64,000 bases of DNA. Origin: Tubiluchus corallicola (Eukaryota > Animalia > Priapulida). The position numbers were made by a program, and so were the translations under genes. The stretch spans positions 186,001 to 250,000 of the forward strand of contig JAQGDQ010000203.1 in the NCBI GenBank assembly GCA_030141605.1, read 5' to 3'. Under the pieces are notes generated by a model. That model was not told the origin of the DNA and made no database searches. It saw only the letters and a program-made list of their open reading frames with translations. This document shows, in pieces, positions 23,793 to 36,356 of the stretch (positions are counted from its first letter, which is position 1; every line of letters starts with the position of its first letter).

Positions 23793-26700
23793 TTAACAAG
23801 AATCTTTGCCAGCACAACAACTTTTCTTCTGACCACCACCAGTACCCGTTCCGCAGCACGTTTGTGTAGTGGCACCACTTCCACTACCCATCTTCAGACC
23901 TTCACAGGTCTTTGCAGCTCCGCAAGCTTCCAAACCTTTGTCTCCACAGGTAAGTTTTAGACTTGTAACATTTTCTGTGCTGACTGCATAGTCAAGTGGG
24001 TCAACCACCTCAATCTGTAATACAAAAGGAAAAAAAAACGAAAATTTCAAAAAAGCTGCCATATATACACTTTAATCTTGCTGTGACTTTTACTGAAAAC
24101 CAGAGCAATAATTTAATAATGCTTGCTTTTTTCCATGAGAGCCCCGCTTCAAAGTTGCTTTTTCATATTCCGAGTTTTGTTTGTTCTTTGTAAAAAAGTT
24201 CAATTATTTGCCTTTTGTCATTTACAGCTATAGCTTGTTTTTACTGATTCTGCTCATGAAAAAGTTCAGCATACCAGTATGGCCTACAACCAACATTCAA
24301 GATTCAAGACTCTCGAACATAGTAATATAATGTATAAGTTTTGTAATTTTGGTAGTAGAACTTATAATACTGGTGAAAATAGTGCAGATAACAACCATTC
24401 TGCTCTAAAAAGCCAGGGTTTGGACAGCACATGGGGGAAATAAGATTTCTAACCTAATGTACAATGGCAAATTAGTACACATTAACACAAACCTCACTGA
24501 TCCTGAATTCTTGTATTTATGCTCATTACTACTGCAGTAAAAAGTCAGGACTTTGTCTCGTTTGTTTGTTTAATTACCGTTTTCATATCAGAAGAGCTAG
24601 ATGCAGGATGGAACTCGAACTTGTCTCTGAGACGACTAGACTGCAGAATAGCAGCAATTTCAGCATCAACCGTCACAGGAATGTCTTTCTGTAAAAAACA
24701 ACAACAACAATTTTACATGTAAGAGCAAAGCCTAGAAAAATAATATTACGTTTTTATTTTTTTATCACAACAGGACTGAATGAATTCAGTTCCGAATCTG
24801 CAAGCATGATGCCATGAGCACGTTTATCTTAAGTGTGTATTGGTACTTGTAATACAACACGTTATTGTAATTTTTTTTGAACATTTGTATTTCTGTCAAT
24901 TTGATTTTGGCATGTGTTGTGTTATGTGGAATAAATGAATCTTGAATTTATCACTTGACAGACTGATTGAGCTCCTACCCCAAGTGTTTACCCTGCCAGT
25001 TTCATGACTATGTGTACTATAGCTTTCAAGATATTGAATGTTAGGAGCTGATGAACATTAATAAAAACAAAAACAAATGGGTTCTCTTAGATCTGCTCTG
25101 AATGCAGATAATAATTTGTACCACTTTAGAATTCGGTTGGTTTACCTTGAATGTAATGTTGCAGTCCAAACGGAACGAATCAGGGAAGCCAGTGATTCCA
25201 CCTTTGTAAACAGCATTGCAGGCTTCTTTCTTGTCTGCCGGTAACTTATACAGTCTGTATGTTGTGGAACTAAATCTGGCATCACCTATAAACAAGTATA
25301 CATTTAAAAACACGCTTTCTTGTTTTTCATTCACAACAACAGTTTGAAATGTAGCTGCAACAAAAAGAAACAGTGCAACAACTAGAGTAGTACTGTTAGT
25401 CACAAGTACAAGTACAAAAGTATCATCAAATATGTGGATATTATTTTAAGCTTACAAGCTTTAGCAATCTGGTGATGCATAGTGTTAAGAAGTATTTTTG
25501 CTGGATGTTGTAGAAAAGTAGACTTTGTCATTAAAAACCGGAATCTGCAATAGTTACACCACCACCACCTGTATACCATTTCTTCTTCCTGAAGCCTCTT
25601 TATCAGTGGTTACTGTGGCCAAACGTTTTATTCTTTGTCTCTTTGACAATAATATAAATATTGTTATACAAAAAATCTAGACTTTTCGATTACGTTTAAC
25701 GTTATCAAAATTTTCAGACAATATGTATGTAGGTATTTGCACCAAAAGTTACAAGGCTAATGTATGACACTTGCACTTAGTATTCACTGAGTTGCTAGAG
25801 GACATAAAAACAGCCACCAATTGAATAAGCCGATCAAGCCTATCTCAAATTAACGTTCGTGTAAGTTTTATCGAGTATAAGGATATCTAGAAGCATGAAC
25901 ATGACAACATGGATTCTGTACGGTCAGACCTATGACAAAAAGAATTGGGCTTACACCTAGACTTAGACAGATACATGCATTTCATCGAGACAATAGGTTG
26001 ATGAATTTGTAAATTTGTTGCCTAAGCAAGCCATGCGATGCATTGTACATTTGGGAAGTAAGATGAAATGCACTGTAATAAATGAAGCTCAAGAGCAAAA
26101 GTTAAAAGTTGGTAAACATGAAACAACGAGCATTATCTATCAATAAGAAATCATGAAAAGTATATGACTGTTTCTTTCTACATTTAATGTACGAACTACA
26201 TGCACCAGACAAGGTTTGAAAGTTATGTGAGCTTACTGACTAGATTTATAGTGCAAAGAATTCAACACTTCTTAAATACATTCATACCTACAATTGCTTT
26301 GAGCTTATCATCAAAAATAGAATAATAGTGTGACGTCACTAACATTGGACGACTGAAGCCCACGGAAGATGCAATAGAATGCAAATCTTGCCACTTGAGG
26401 GCACCACCTATACACTCACCTGCACAATATATAATAAACACGTATGTTACGTAACAACCGTAGTACAATTTCTCTGTCAATGTTAATTACCAAATTACCA
26501 ACACTGCAAAAAATGATAATATTACTATTAACAATAATATTATGTGTTACGTTATTGTTAATAACTATTGTCAGCACATTTAACAAAGTTTTTGGCTACA
26601 TAATAAAAACAAAGTTGCTGGCTACTAATTTTAAAAATAACTCTGTGGTGTTATTCAGAATTACTGCCACTAGATGGCTTTTGTTATAAGAAAAAAATTG

Positions 26701-29700
26701 CACTTATTGCCTATCTGTAAGGCAAAACAAAATGCAACACATTCTTTGTTTAAAGCTAATCAGTAATTAGTTTATTTTGTATAAACATATACAAAGCCAG
26801 TAGAACATACACGTTATACACACTGTCCTATTAAATGCTAAAGTAGAATGCCTTAGAGTGCCCATCGGCTTGCACATTTAAAGAATGACCAAGCCTCTGG
26901 GAAGTTAGGCTTATTTCAATGTTCACAAAAATGTTAGGATTTAGTAATAAAAGTGAGAAAATCGCCTCATGTAATTAGTAAAATAAAAAAAGTAGTAATT
27001 ATTTCACGTTTGAATACTTTCATTTTGAATGCCTTTTCTTCCATCAATGATGTCGTTTATCAACTCAAGAATGGCAGCACACTGTTAATTTCTGTCCAAA
27101 GTATAATAGGTTTTTACAAAAAAATTTGATAGCTAATTTTGTGATATTTTTGCATTGAACATTAGTTAAACTGCAGAAGTCTGGAAATTCGTTAAGCAGT
27201 GCGTACTTACAGAGCCACAATACGCTTATGACAGGGGTGTCCAAACTGCGGCCCGCGAAGAGGTTTGTCAACGTAATTAAAGTGCGGCCCACGCGATCCA
27301 GCTGAAGTCCGCGCCAATATCACAAAGATAGTACGGGTAGTTTTTTCCTCTAGATCGGATGGCATTAACCCTTACAAGACCGTTGTCACTTAATGTCACT
27401 GTCGGACATGACGAAATTTAACGTTGCTCACTTAGAACACAAAAACGTGACATAATCACAGAACACAGCAAACTATCACAGAAGCCGCCATTCAAACACT
27501 CAAATGTGCAAGAAATGCGAGAAGCAATCTGATTGGCTGGTAGGAAGACCAATTAGCCAATCTCTAGGCTTCTATTATCGGGCATGTTGATCTGTCCAGT
27601 CGTCTTCTTGGTCATAGCAGGTACAGATCATTTTGACTTGGTTATTTTACGAAATAAATTATAAATAAAATTATAAAATAACCAAGACAAAATGATCTAC
27701 CTACTATGACCAAGAAGACGACTGGGCAGACCAATTTGCGAGTAGCCAGCAACCTGAAAAAGTGTGGTCACCCCTGTTATAGCGGGATTCCCAGATTTTA
27801 GTTTCAGCTGAGGCTCAGTAGTACACGCCTCAATCAGTGGCTATTTCATCGTTTCATCAGATGTAGTATTCTTATAGATCAGAATCGTGGATAATAAAAA
27901 GAGGAAGATTGAAGAACAGCGAGTCAAGACAGATTAGTATGTACTGTACTACACGGACTGTGTGATACACATTACTAATATGCATTGTAATGAAATTACC
28001 ACTATCTGTCATGAAAGTAGAAATATATGGTTTTTAATATAAATTTTAATAGCTTCTAAAATAGTTTCTTGAGTGTAGTAGTGCAGTAGTAATGATGTGC
28101 GCAAATCAGATGCAAAAAAAATCGTTATTAGGTCCTACTGTACTTGGTTCCTTGTCCAAACTGCATGTGGCCCACAGTAATTGCGGGAATGTTTAATGTG
28201 GCCCAGCTAGTCAGATAATTTGCACACCCCTGGCTTACGAAAAGTCATGAAGTCCACCAGGTGTGTCATAGTTTTCAAGTGAATGGTGACTACCACAGTG
28301 CCTGAAATTGTCTATGCAGAGGTAGTATAAATTAACTTTATGCTTTATAGACAGTTTTTTGCAAATTTCTTTGTTATATTTTCTTCTAAGTTTAAGTTAT
28401 AAACCCAACATGCTAAGTAACTTGTCCTTTCCTTTAAAAAAACTAAAAAGAAGCTTTCTCTGTGCTTACCCCATAGTACTTTATGCTGCCTGACACTATC
28501 TGGCAATTCTCTGTCAGCATACACATCACTGAAGTATAATTCCCCACCTTCCTGCATTAGAACATAAAATTTTATTTAAAATTTATTTATTTTAAAACAA
28601 TGTAACCATTTGGCATTGTCTGAGATGTAAAATAATTAATATAGTTTAGGTAACTCTATGTTACCAGCATATTTTTGTACAACAGTGAAACACGGGGTTT
28701 AACGATTTCTCAAGAAAAGCAGATTGACAAGTTTCATAGAACTCGTCTAAGGAAAGTTTTAAAGATAAGATGGTCATATGTAATAAAAAATGAAGATTTA
28801 TATAGTAGAACGAAAGAAATTCCTTGGAGTTCAAAAGGCTAGGAGACCATCTCAGATTACCAAGTGAAACACCAGCAACAATTGCCTTAAGACATAAAAC
28901 CTTGCAAAAAAAACCCTGGCAAACCAAAAACAATTTGGATAGCTAAGATAAGTAAAGATGATCAACAACTTCAATCAAATCTAGTTTATGAAGGAGAAGA
29001 GCTTATATTGTTAGCAGCACATAGGAGTTGGTGGAATGCTCTAATAAACAATAATGCCTCAATGTCTACAACAGATGAAATGAGATGTTGAAAAAGAAGG
29101 TAACTCTGCTTAGCAACACATTCTAATATTACTTTCTTATTACACAATGACATAATTTACCTAGAGTTTAAAATTCCAGACATACAAGAAATTAGCTTGT
29201 GAAGCAGATTATGATTAGGATCAGGATTAGGGTTAGGGTTGGGTTATGTTTAGGATTAGGGTTTAGGGTATTTAAATTGTGTGGGGAATTGTGACTCCTT
29301 CCTATAATTGCTCTGGAAAATTGTTATGATCACCATACACTTTGAAAAAATAAAAAAATGTTGGGAAAAATTCTTAATACAGCAGTAGTAAGTAAAACAG
29401 AAAATTATCAAAATGAAACCTACTACTGAGAGTAAAAGTTTACCTTCAGCACTTTATAACACTCCCTGAGCACGGCGGGCTTGTCCGGAGAAAGATTCAC
29501 AACACAGTTAGAACTAAAACATACAAACGTATATGAATGTATATTAACTAAAATAACGGCAATTATAAAACACATAGTAAGTAAACCAGTAAAAAGAGCA
29601 CTAATAATCTTACAGTGTAATAGATACAAAGCATGAATTGAGTACTTCTCATAATATGCTTTTTAGCAATTTGCGATTCAGATTTTTGTTGAGATGTTTG

Positions 29701-32700
29701 TTGTTTTTATGACTCTGGTTACTTCCATAAAATTTATTAAATGGGGAATATCACCAAAATTAAATTGAGCTTGAATAACTCGCAATTATATTGTGAATAG
29801 AAATATGTACCTCATTCTTCACGAAAATTTCGTGTTTAAGAATCGTTGGCAAAAGTTCGGATAAAATTGTACAGAAAATGAATATTTGACTAGGCCGCCA
29901 TTGAGCATGTACCTGCGCCTGCGCCTCTATGGCGAAATTGCCGTACTACAGATGAAACTTGGCAAAATGCCCAAGGGGAGAAAGATTGTACGCAACTCTT
30001 GTCTGAGTATTTGTTTACATAGACAAACAGTGTTCGGCATACAGTACTTTACGTAGTTTATACCTAGTGACGGTATCACGGTAAAGATTAGGTTATTGTG
30101 AATTGAATGCGCGATTTGCTAAGTTTTGGTCTTGATTGTTCTTATTGAAAAATGGTCGGTGGAATGTATTACACTAGGATTCAGCAATTAGATGGGATGC
30201 AGCAGTCAGACGGAAAATATCGAAATACGAAGCCAAAATATAATAACATTTAGTTTCCAATGAGCAACAGAAAATTATTGAAGCAATGAAAGTACAATCT
30301 AAAAACCTGGAATCACTCCTACAACCTGTGTGATAATTTCTCGGCTGTTTGCTTTGAAACGTGAGTTTAGAACATGATGAATCTAGTGTTAATAATATTG
30401 TGCTTACACTTCAGAGAGATTCAGTCAGATGCAGTTTTTTGTTTCATTTTAAGCCCAAGTGCATAGCTTATCGATGCAGTTTAGTCATCTCGAGATTTGT
30501 ATCCATTTCAATAAAAATATCACAATTACATTATGTAATGCAATGAATAATTATTTTGTCATTGAACCACGTTATATCGTTGGTTTTTTATATTGTAAAA
30601 GTGGATAATAGTTATATTAATAACGAATGTATTATTATCATTAGTTTTTATTTCAGTCCAACTGACCACGAGAATTTTATCTAATCCTAATATTGTAATA
30701 ATACTGCTGTGAAAAAATAAACACAATATGATGTTATCATGTAAAAACAGAAGCTAATGAACAACGGTTAAACTTCAGGTTGGTATTAAAAGTCTTACTG
30801 ATTTAAATAACTAATGAACAACGGTTAAAGTTCTGCTTGGTATTAAAAGTCTTACTGATTTATATAACTGAAACACGACAAAGTTAAAAATGTTCATATA
30901 TGTTTAATCAATAAGTCTACAGCTAATATGTTATCGTCTCTGTGTCAGCGGGGTTCACATATTTTTTTTGTCAAGGCTGATAAAATGAAGCTGTCACTAA
31001 AAATTGTCAGACTAGCATTATAGTTATGCTTCAGTAAGTTTCTCTGTGTTTACAAATTCATTAATTCTTCTAGCAGAATGAAGTTACTATGTCGGACTTG
31101 TTTTACAAGAAAAGAACTTTTGTTACCAAGGCCCACACTTTTGCAGCTTGTATTGCTGACGATGCTTTCAATTAATGCCAGGAGAATTTTCACAATATGC
31201 TGTAGGCCTAGTTTTGCGCAATGATTGTTTACACTCTATTAGAATATACTATAATGGATCTGTAACTTTCGACGGTAGTAAAATATCGCTTTTGATGAAA
31301 ACATGTTAACGAGTGCAACGACAATCATTTCTGTCAGCTGACTACCTATCCGAACCAAGGCCAGATGCTGTAATGTAGTAATAACAGCTTTATTTTTAGC
31401 CCAGTTGTGTACGATAGTATCACAACAGGCTGCGTGTACACTCTTTACGCATCAGCCCGAGCTGGGCTAGTTCAATTTTTTCACCGTGAGAGGCGTAAGT
31501 GCAGCTCCATGGCGTTTCCCGTGAGATACAAAAAAGTTAATTACTCATTAATTAGACAACATACTGCTAAAAATTTTTCGCCAAGTTGTTCCCGCGGAAG
31601 GCAACTATAAAATAAGTTTAACTTGATTTTCATGATATTCCCCCTTTAACAAACATTGCTAAAATAGAATACTGTAGAGTCCAATGCTTCTGAAAGCATT
31701 ATTCATTACCTATTTACGATAAATTTTTAAGAAATAGCTATTCTTCAAAACCTGAAATGGAAGCATTTTTTTTTGTTTAATGGCTGTGGCAAAATGCAAT
31801 GCTTAAATTAGAATTAGAATGGCCCTAGAAAGTTTTACATTTACAGGCAGTAAATTAGTTCCATATGCTGTACTTGTAATTAATGAAGAAGAGTAAATGG
31901 TCACGATTTGTGTATGATCGTCTACCAAAAACCGTATTTCCTTCAATACCTATGTATGGCTCACTACGCTAAAATTAACTCATGTCTCTGTAACCTGTTA
32001 ATACAGTTTTTTACTGTTTTGGTCAAAGATTGTAAAATGGATATATTTAAACTATCTCTTGGAGGCAAAGAAGCGCTTCAAGTGCAGAGAAATTATACAA
32101 ATGTTGTATCTGTATACCAAGACATCAGACATACAGATCTCAAACAAAGAAAATCACCATATCGGCGCTACAGTTAGGAAAGAACAACAGATGTCAAAAA
32201 ATATAAGGATGAAGCTATGCTAGAGGTTTGTCAAAAACATAACACTTAGCTAACTGCTAAGAACAAAGGTTGTACTCTTGAATACTAAATAACAGTGGTC
32301 ATGTATCAAAAGCAAAATTTTATTACAGATAAGTTTTTAATTACTCTCTTGTAAAGTAGCCTATAAAGAGGTCTGTTTTGCGATGAAGTTTTTGTGTTTC
32401 ATTTCAGAATAATAGAAAGGCTAATTAAAAAACTGATATGATTACACGTTCTTTAACATTGCCAATTATGAAGTAGTAAACATACATGATAATATCAATG
32501 CTGTTTTCCTGAATGCCAGCATTGGTCAGCTGTTCTATGTAACCATGCACAAACTGTGTATTTGGTTTTGCATATCCAAACTTCTCAGCATGATATTTCT
32601 CATACTGTCTAGCTATCTCCAACTGTAAAATAAAGAAAAGGAGATGAAAACTGATTGAGTTCTTTAATATCTGCTCACCTGCCTTCCTTGTGATTAGCCT

Positions 32701-35171
32701 TTCAACAAATACAATTAATCAACTGGGACCGTACATGCAAAAAGTAATAAAATAAGCTGATTTACAAAACAGCCGTGGTTTATATTTCTCTAGAATACAG
32801 GTTCGAACAAACCGGAACCCAACCTTCATGGCAGGTCCTACTCAAACAGGATGTCTATGGCAAGACTGGAATCCAACTCATTATCAAGGTTAGGCCTCTA
32901 AGATGAGCCACTGAACTGGCAGAGGCATCTTAGCTACATTCATATGTGAATGCATCATCTTTCTACGAGGTAAACTACCAGAATCAACATGGCAAATGAA
33001 ATCTCCCAGAGCAAGAATTGAAGTAGTTCACCCATCCAGTAAGTGAAATAACCTACTATAGCTGCAGCACTAATTCTTAACATTAATTAGTTATCACACA
33101 CAAAGCAGTAACCGCTCAGGAACACATGTCGCATATGGCTTATTATATACTACAAGTCTGCAATTATGGAATATTTATTATTAAACCCAAGCAAGCAATC
33201 AAATACTATAATTGATGGGCTACAGTTTATACTCACCAAATGGTAGCGTCATCTTTTCTGGTATTCACAATTCAAATTAATGGGACAATTATTGAGCGGT
33301 TAATGTCTCAAAGACGTGATTAGAGTGCTTTATTTGCTTGCAGCATGACTGCTATTTGCAGTTTTTGCAGTCTTGTTGTCGAAATTTACTAAGCATTAAC
33401 TGTGAACCTCCACATCAACTTATTTTATTCATACAAAGATAAGAGCTTAATTATTACTAATGAAATTATCTTAACAAGTGCAGAAAAATTGTTAGTGAAG
33501 TGACCTGAATAACAATTTACTGCTCATATCATGTCAAAAATGCATATATTACCATCAGATATTTACTTAAACTGCCTATGATAAGAACTCCACCTATCAC
33601 AACATTTTCAAGGCTATAACAACAACACAGACCAAGTATAACACTAAGGCAGAGAATAAACAGCGAGAGACAAGATATAACAGAACACTGGCACTTTAAC
33701 CCTACTGATTTCTTTGCCATGCCTGTTTTGTTAAATACAGCTGAGTCATGATTGGTTAGCATATTAAAAGTGCTAACAGTGTCACCAAACTGGTTTTTTA
33801 GTGTATACATTCAATCTGTCTGTCGACTTCAAATTTTCTTCATAATTGGAAAGTGGAAATTAATAGCAGTATTAAAATAGGTTTACATGTATAGGAAAAA
33901 ATATGACTCTTCCATATGTAAAGTCTAAATGTTTAGAATATATAGGTCATTCGTACACTTTATAAGTTTATTGACAAACAACACAATATGATATACAGCA
34001 CAATGTACATAAAAAATCACACAAAAGCATCCCAGCATTCCATACACACTATGCAGTACATAGCCTATTATAAAACACCGTTCAATTTCAGTTTGCTTAC
34101 TCAACTAGTTTTTCTACTGACAATGTCATTACTTTTTTATTTTTTAATGCATGACATAGCAAAGTGTTTAGCTGAACATATTCTCAATTGCATTTGTCCT
34201 TGCACAAAAATTTCCTTTAATATTATATAGTCACACACATGTTAGTTACTAAAATAACAGAATTTATTATTTCACCATCTCTAAAAATAGAAGCTGCAGA
34301 TTTTAAATTTTGTGACACATGTAGTTAGTTCTTCTGAATATGTTGTTGTGAACTTACAAATAAGAAAATAGAAAATTAATGCAGGCACACCCAGCTCTCT
34401 ATGACCTTACATTAAATAATGACGCTGCCACTCTCTACTTGTCTTACATTTAATTTGAAGATGCCAGAGTAAAAGATGCCGTTTTTGGGTACTGATGCTG
34501 AATTTTGTCAACAGAGTCAATTGTATGATTCAGAGTTATATAATCATTTATCATCATTATATGCAATGTGAGATGAATGGTTCACAAGAACAGACACAGT
34601 ATCAGGAATTAGATAAATTAATGATACAGGCATACCATTTTCTATACGTTCTTTGTTACTTTATGACATTCATAGGCCTACCTGTTCTTCTGTCATATCG
34701 ACTCCAATGATCTTGCCAGATTCACCAACCAGCTTTGAGAGTGCAAAACAGTCACGGCCCGAACCACTACCGAGATCCAGCATGGTGGTTCCTTCTACAA
34801 ATTCTGGCAAGACTATACCACATCCATAATACCTAAAAACAATGCAGATCTAAAGAACAAACCAAAAATTTGGCTTGTTATTAATATATTAAGAATCCAA
34901 TAATCATGGGCAATATTAAAAAGTTAATTAGCTTAAATCAGCCATTACCTGTGTAGATTTGCCACCTATTTTAAAAAAAATTGAACATTAAGAAAATAAG
35001 TAACCTGCAGGTGACTTCATCATGTACAGCACTTAAAGCTTCACGCAGGTGTTTTGCTACTGGCACCTCAGGTGTTACACAGCAAGATGTTTGCAGTTCA
35101 CTGCGTTTCTTCACCCTCTTTCCATAGTAGTCCTTCACATCAGTATAAGTTGACTCTACTGGCGCTGACAT
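23793..35171 (-). CDS. AS3MT: Arsenite methyltransferase (As(III) SAM-dependent methyltransferase), 9 coding exons, 403 aa
   Basis: Minus-strand exons 35171-35005, 34832-34682, 32622-32486, 29513-29444, 28551-28470, 26419-26288, 25285-25146, 24688-24578 and 24014-23793 sum to 1212 nt in frame. Motifs: DVKDYYGK..LQTSCC, RYYGCG, SAM motif LDLGSGSGRDC, IGVDMTEEQ, DIIISNCVVNLSPDK, GGELYFSDVY, LWGECIGGAL. All four catalytic Cys equivalents (human C32/C61/C156/C206) are present. Confidence 0.96.
27232..28232. mobile_element. Non-autonomous hAT (Buster/Charlie-type) DNA transposon, 1001 bp, in an AS3MT intron
   Basis: TIRs CAGGGGTGTCCAAACT / AATTTGCACACCCCTG, subterminal GCGGCCC/GTGGCCC repeats, and an 8-bp TSD GCTTATGA (27224-27231) / GCTTACGA (28233-28240) with the central TA typical of Buster elements. 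Confidence 0.88.
27591..27730. repeat. Long near-perfect inverted repeat (about 58-bp arms, about 24-nt AT-rich loop)
   Basis: TCTGTCCAGTCGTCTTCTTGGTCATAGCAGGTACAGATCATTTTGACTTGGTTATTTTA pairs with TAAAATAACCAAGACAAAATGATCTACCTACTATGACCAAGAAGACGACTGGGCAGA with about 3 mismatches and a 2-nt bulge. Confidence 0.9.
28658..29097 (+). mobile_element. 5'-truncated RTE-clade LINE 3' fragment with 10-bp target site duplication
   Basis: The plus-strand translation FHRTRLRKVLKIRWSYVIKNEDLYSRTKEIPWS ... HLRLPSETPATIAL ... PGKPKTIW ... LAAHRSWWNALI resembles the RTE ORF C-terminus. It is flanked by AGGTAACTCT at 28648-28657 and 29098-29107. Confidence 0.78.
29213..29270 (+). repeat. Short degenerate interstitial (TTAGGG)n-like tract
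   Basis: GATTAGGATCAGGATTAGGGTTAGGGTTGGGTTATGTTTAGGATTAGGGTTTAGGGTA. Confidence 0.7.
29741..31645. mobile_element. Kolobok-like non-autonomous DNA transposon, about 1.9 kb, TTAA target
   Basis: Left end TTAA|ATGGGGAATATCACCAAAATTAAATTGAGCTT; right end (reverse complement) TTAA|AGGGGGAATATCATGAAAATCAAGTTAAACTT. Subterminal regions are CpG-rich. An internal tandem duplication of about 57 bp lies at about 30754-30868. No long ORF. Confidence 0.75.
32830..33040. repeat. Old dispersed repeat fragment (copy 2; homologous to about 1190-1400)
   Basis: Same alignment as copy 1. A short third trace, CTGGCAGAGGTGTCTTAGC, occurs at about 48000. Confidence 0.6.
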
Positions 35172-36275
35172 GGTGAAATCTGTCCAGGAAAAGTGTCAGT
35201 GACAATCGATGATGAGAACTAGCAAAAACCCAAACAAAAAAAGTTACAGTAAGGATGGTGATTGTCAACTGATGGACCTCTAGTGATTACAGTGTAAAAT
35301 TTTGAAATCTAGAAAGTTAGGAGTACTTGGTGCAATGGCTAGTGTAAGTGCCCAGAAAGCAAAAGACCTAACATTGGCATCCCAAAATTTTCCTGACTTT
35401 TAAACTTAGTAATGTTTTCATGCATTCAGATGATTGACTTCATACTATGAACTTATGTAGTGCAAACTGTGATTTCATACCTCTAGATAGCAGCTTATAG
35501 CAAAAACTTCAGTGTCTTGAAACTCAGCGTGCCTCTGTAGTGTAATAGTTAGTATAGTTAGCACAAATGCTTGGAAAATAGCTCTGAGGTCTTTTGTTCC
35601 AGCACAGGTGCAAAATTTTTCGGATTTCTAGTTTAGTATTGTTTTTGAGTGTTTATATAATTGATTTTGCACTAATACAGTGTGGATTTGTTTTTGTGGT
35701 GCACTGTTGACAGACTTCTAGTAGTTTACAGTGCAAATTACTGAATCTGGAAAGTCAGAGTACTTCTGCGGGGTAAGGATTAGTATATTTGCCCACAAAG
35801 TATAAGGTCTAAGATTTATCCCAGTAAAGGTGCAAAATTTTTCAGGCTTTCATATAGCTTCTGGGTGTGCATACGATTAGATGTTGGGCAAAAAAACCAA
35901 GAAACAGAACCCAAGAATTTACTACAGTTAGTTGAGCTGCCCATAATGCGACAATATCTCACCTTTGATTCACCTTCGCACCTACCCTATTATTATTTGC
36001 ATTTCGACTTTAGTTTTGGTAGCCTCATTGCAAGGAACACAAAACTAGAGCATGGAATGCACCCAATTTAACTATTCAGCATTTCGTACATCTGTAAAGA
36101 CGGAAATTAGTTCTTCAGTGACGCCAGATAAAACAGTGCACGATGTATTGACAGGAGGTTCTTATTAATCTATGCAACATACAAAAATTATAATATTATA
36201 CTAACAGTTGTTATTTTGCCCACCTGTTGTTTAATAATTTTATTAAACAATTAATAACACATTCAAGAAACTTAC

Positions 36276-36350
36276 ATTCCAGATTCTTCCTACCTGTTTA
36301 CACCAATTGTTCTTGCGGTCTTCTTATTTTTCCAGTAAAAAACTAGCCCC
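36276..36350 (-). other. AS3MT: Probable non-coding first exon (5' UTR) of AS3MT
   Basis: The AS3MT ATG exon begins at a splice acceptor (TTTTCCTGGACAG, boundary 35180/35179) only 8 nt before the ATG, so an upstream exon is implied. Minus-strand donor consensus sites occur at 36275 (GTAAGT) and 36293 (CAG/GTAGGA). The 5' boundary is a guess. Confidence 0.5.
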
Positions 36351-36356
36351 TCAAAA

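Noticed and set aside
24491-24577. In-frame TGA codons after AS3MT exon 8 suggesting selenocysteine readthrough
   Set aside because: They lie past a good phase-0 donor (ACG/GTAATT at 24577) and so are intronic. All catalytic positions are ordinary Cys codons and I recognised no SECIS.
36228-36250. AT-rich palindrome TTGTTTAATAATTTTATTAAACAA near the shared promoter
   Set aside because: Short and almost all A/T, so it is expected by chance at this base composition.
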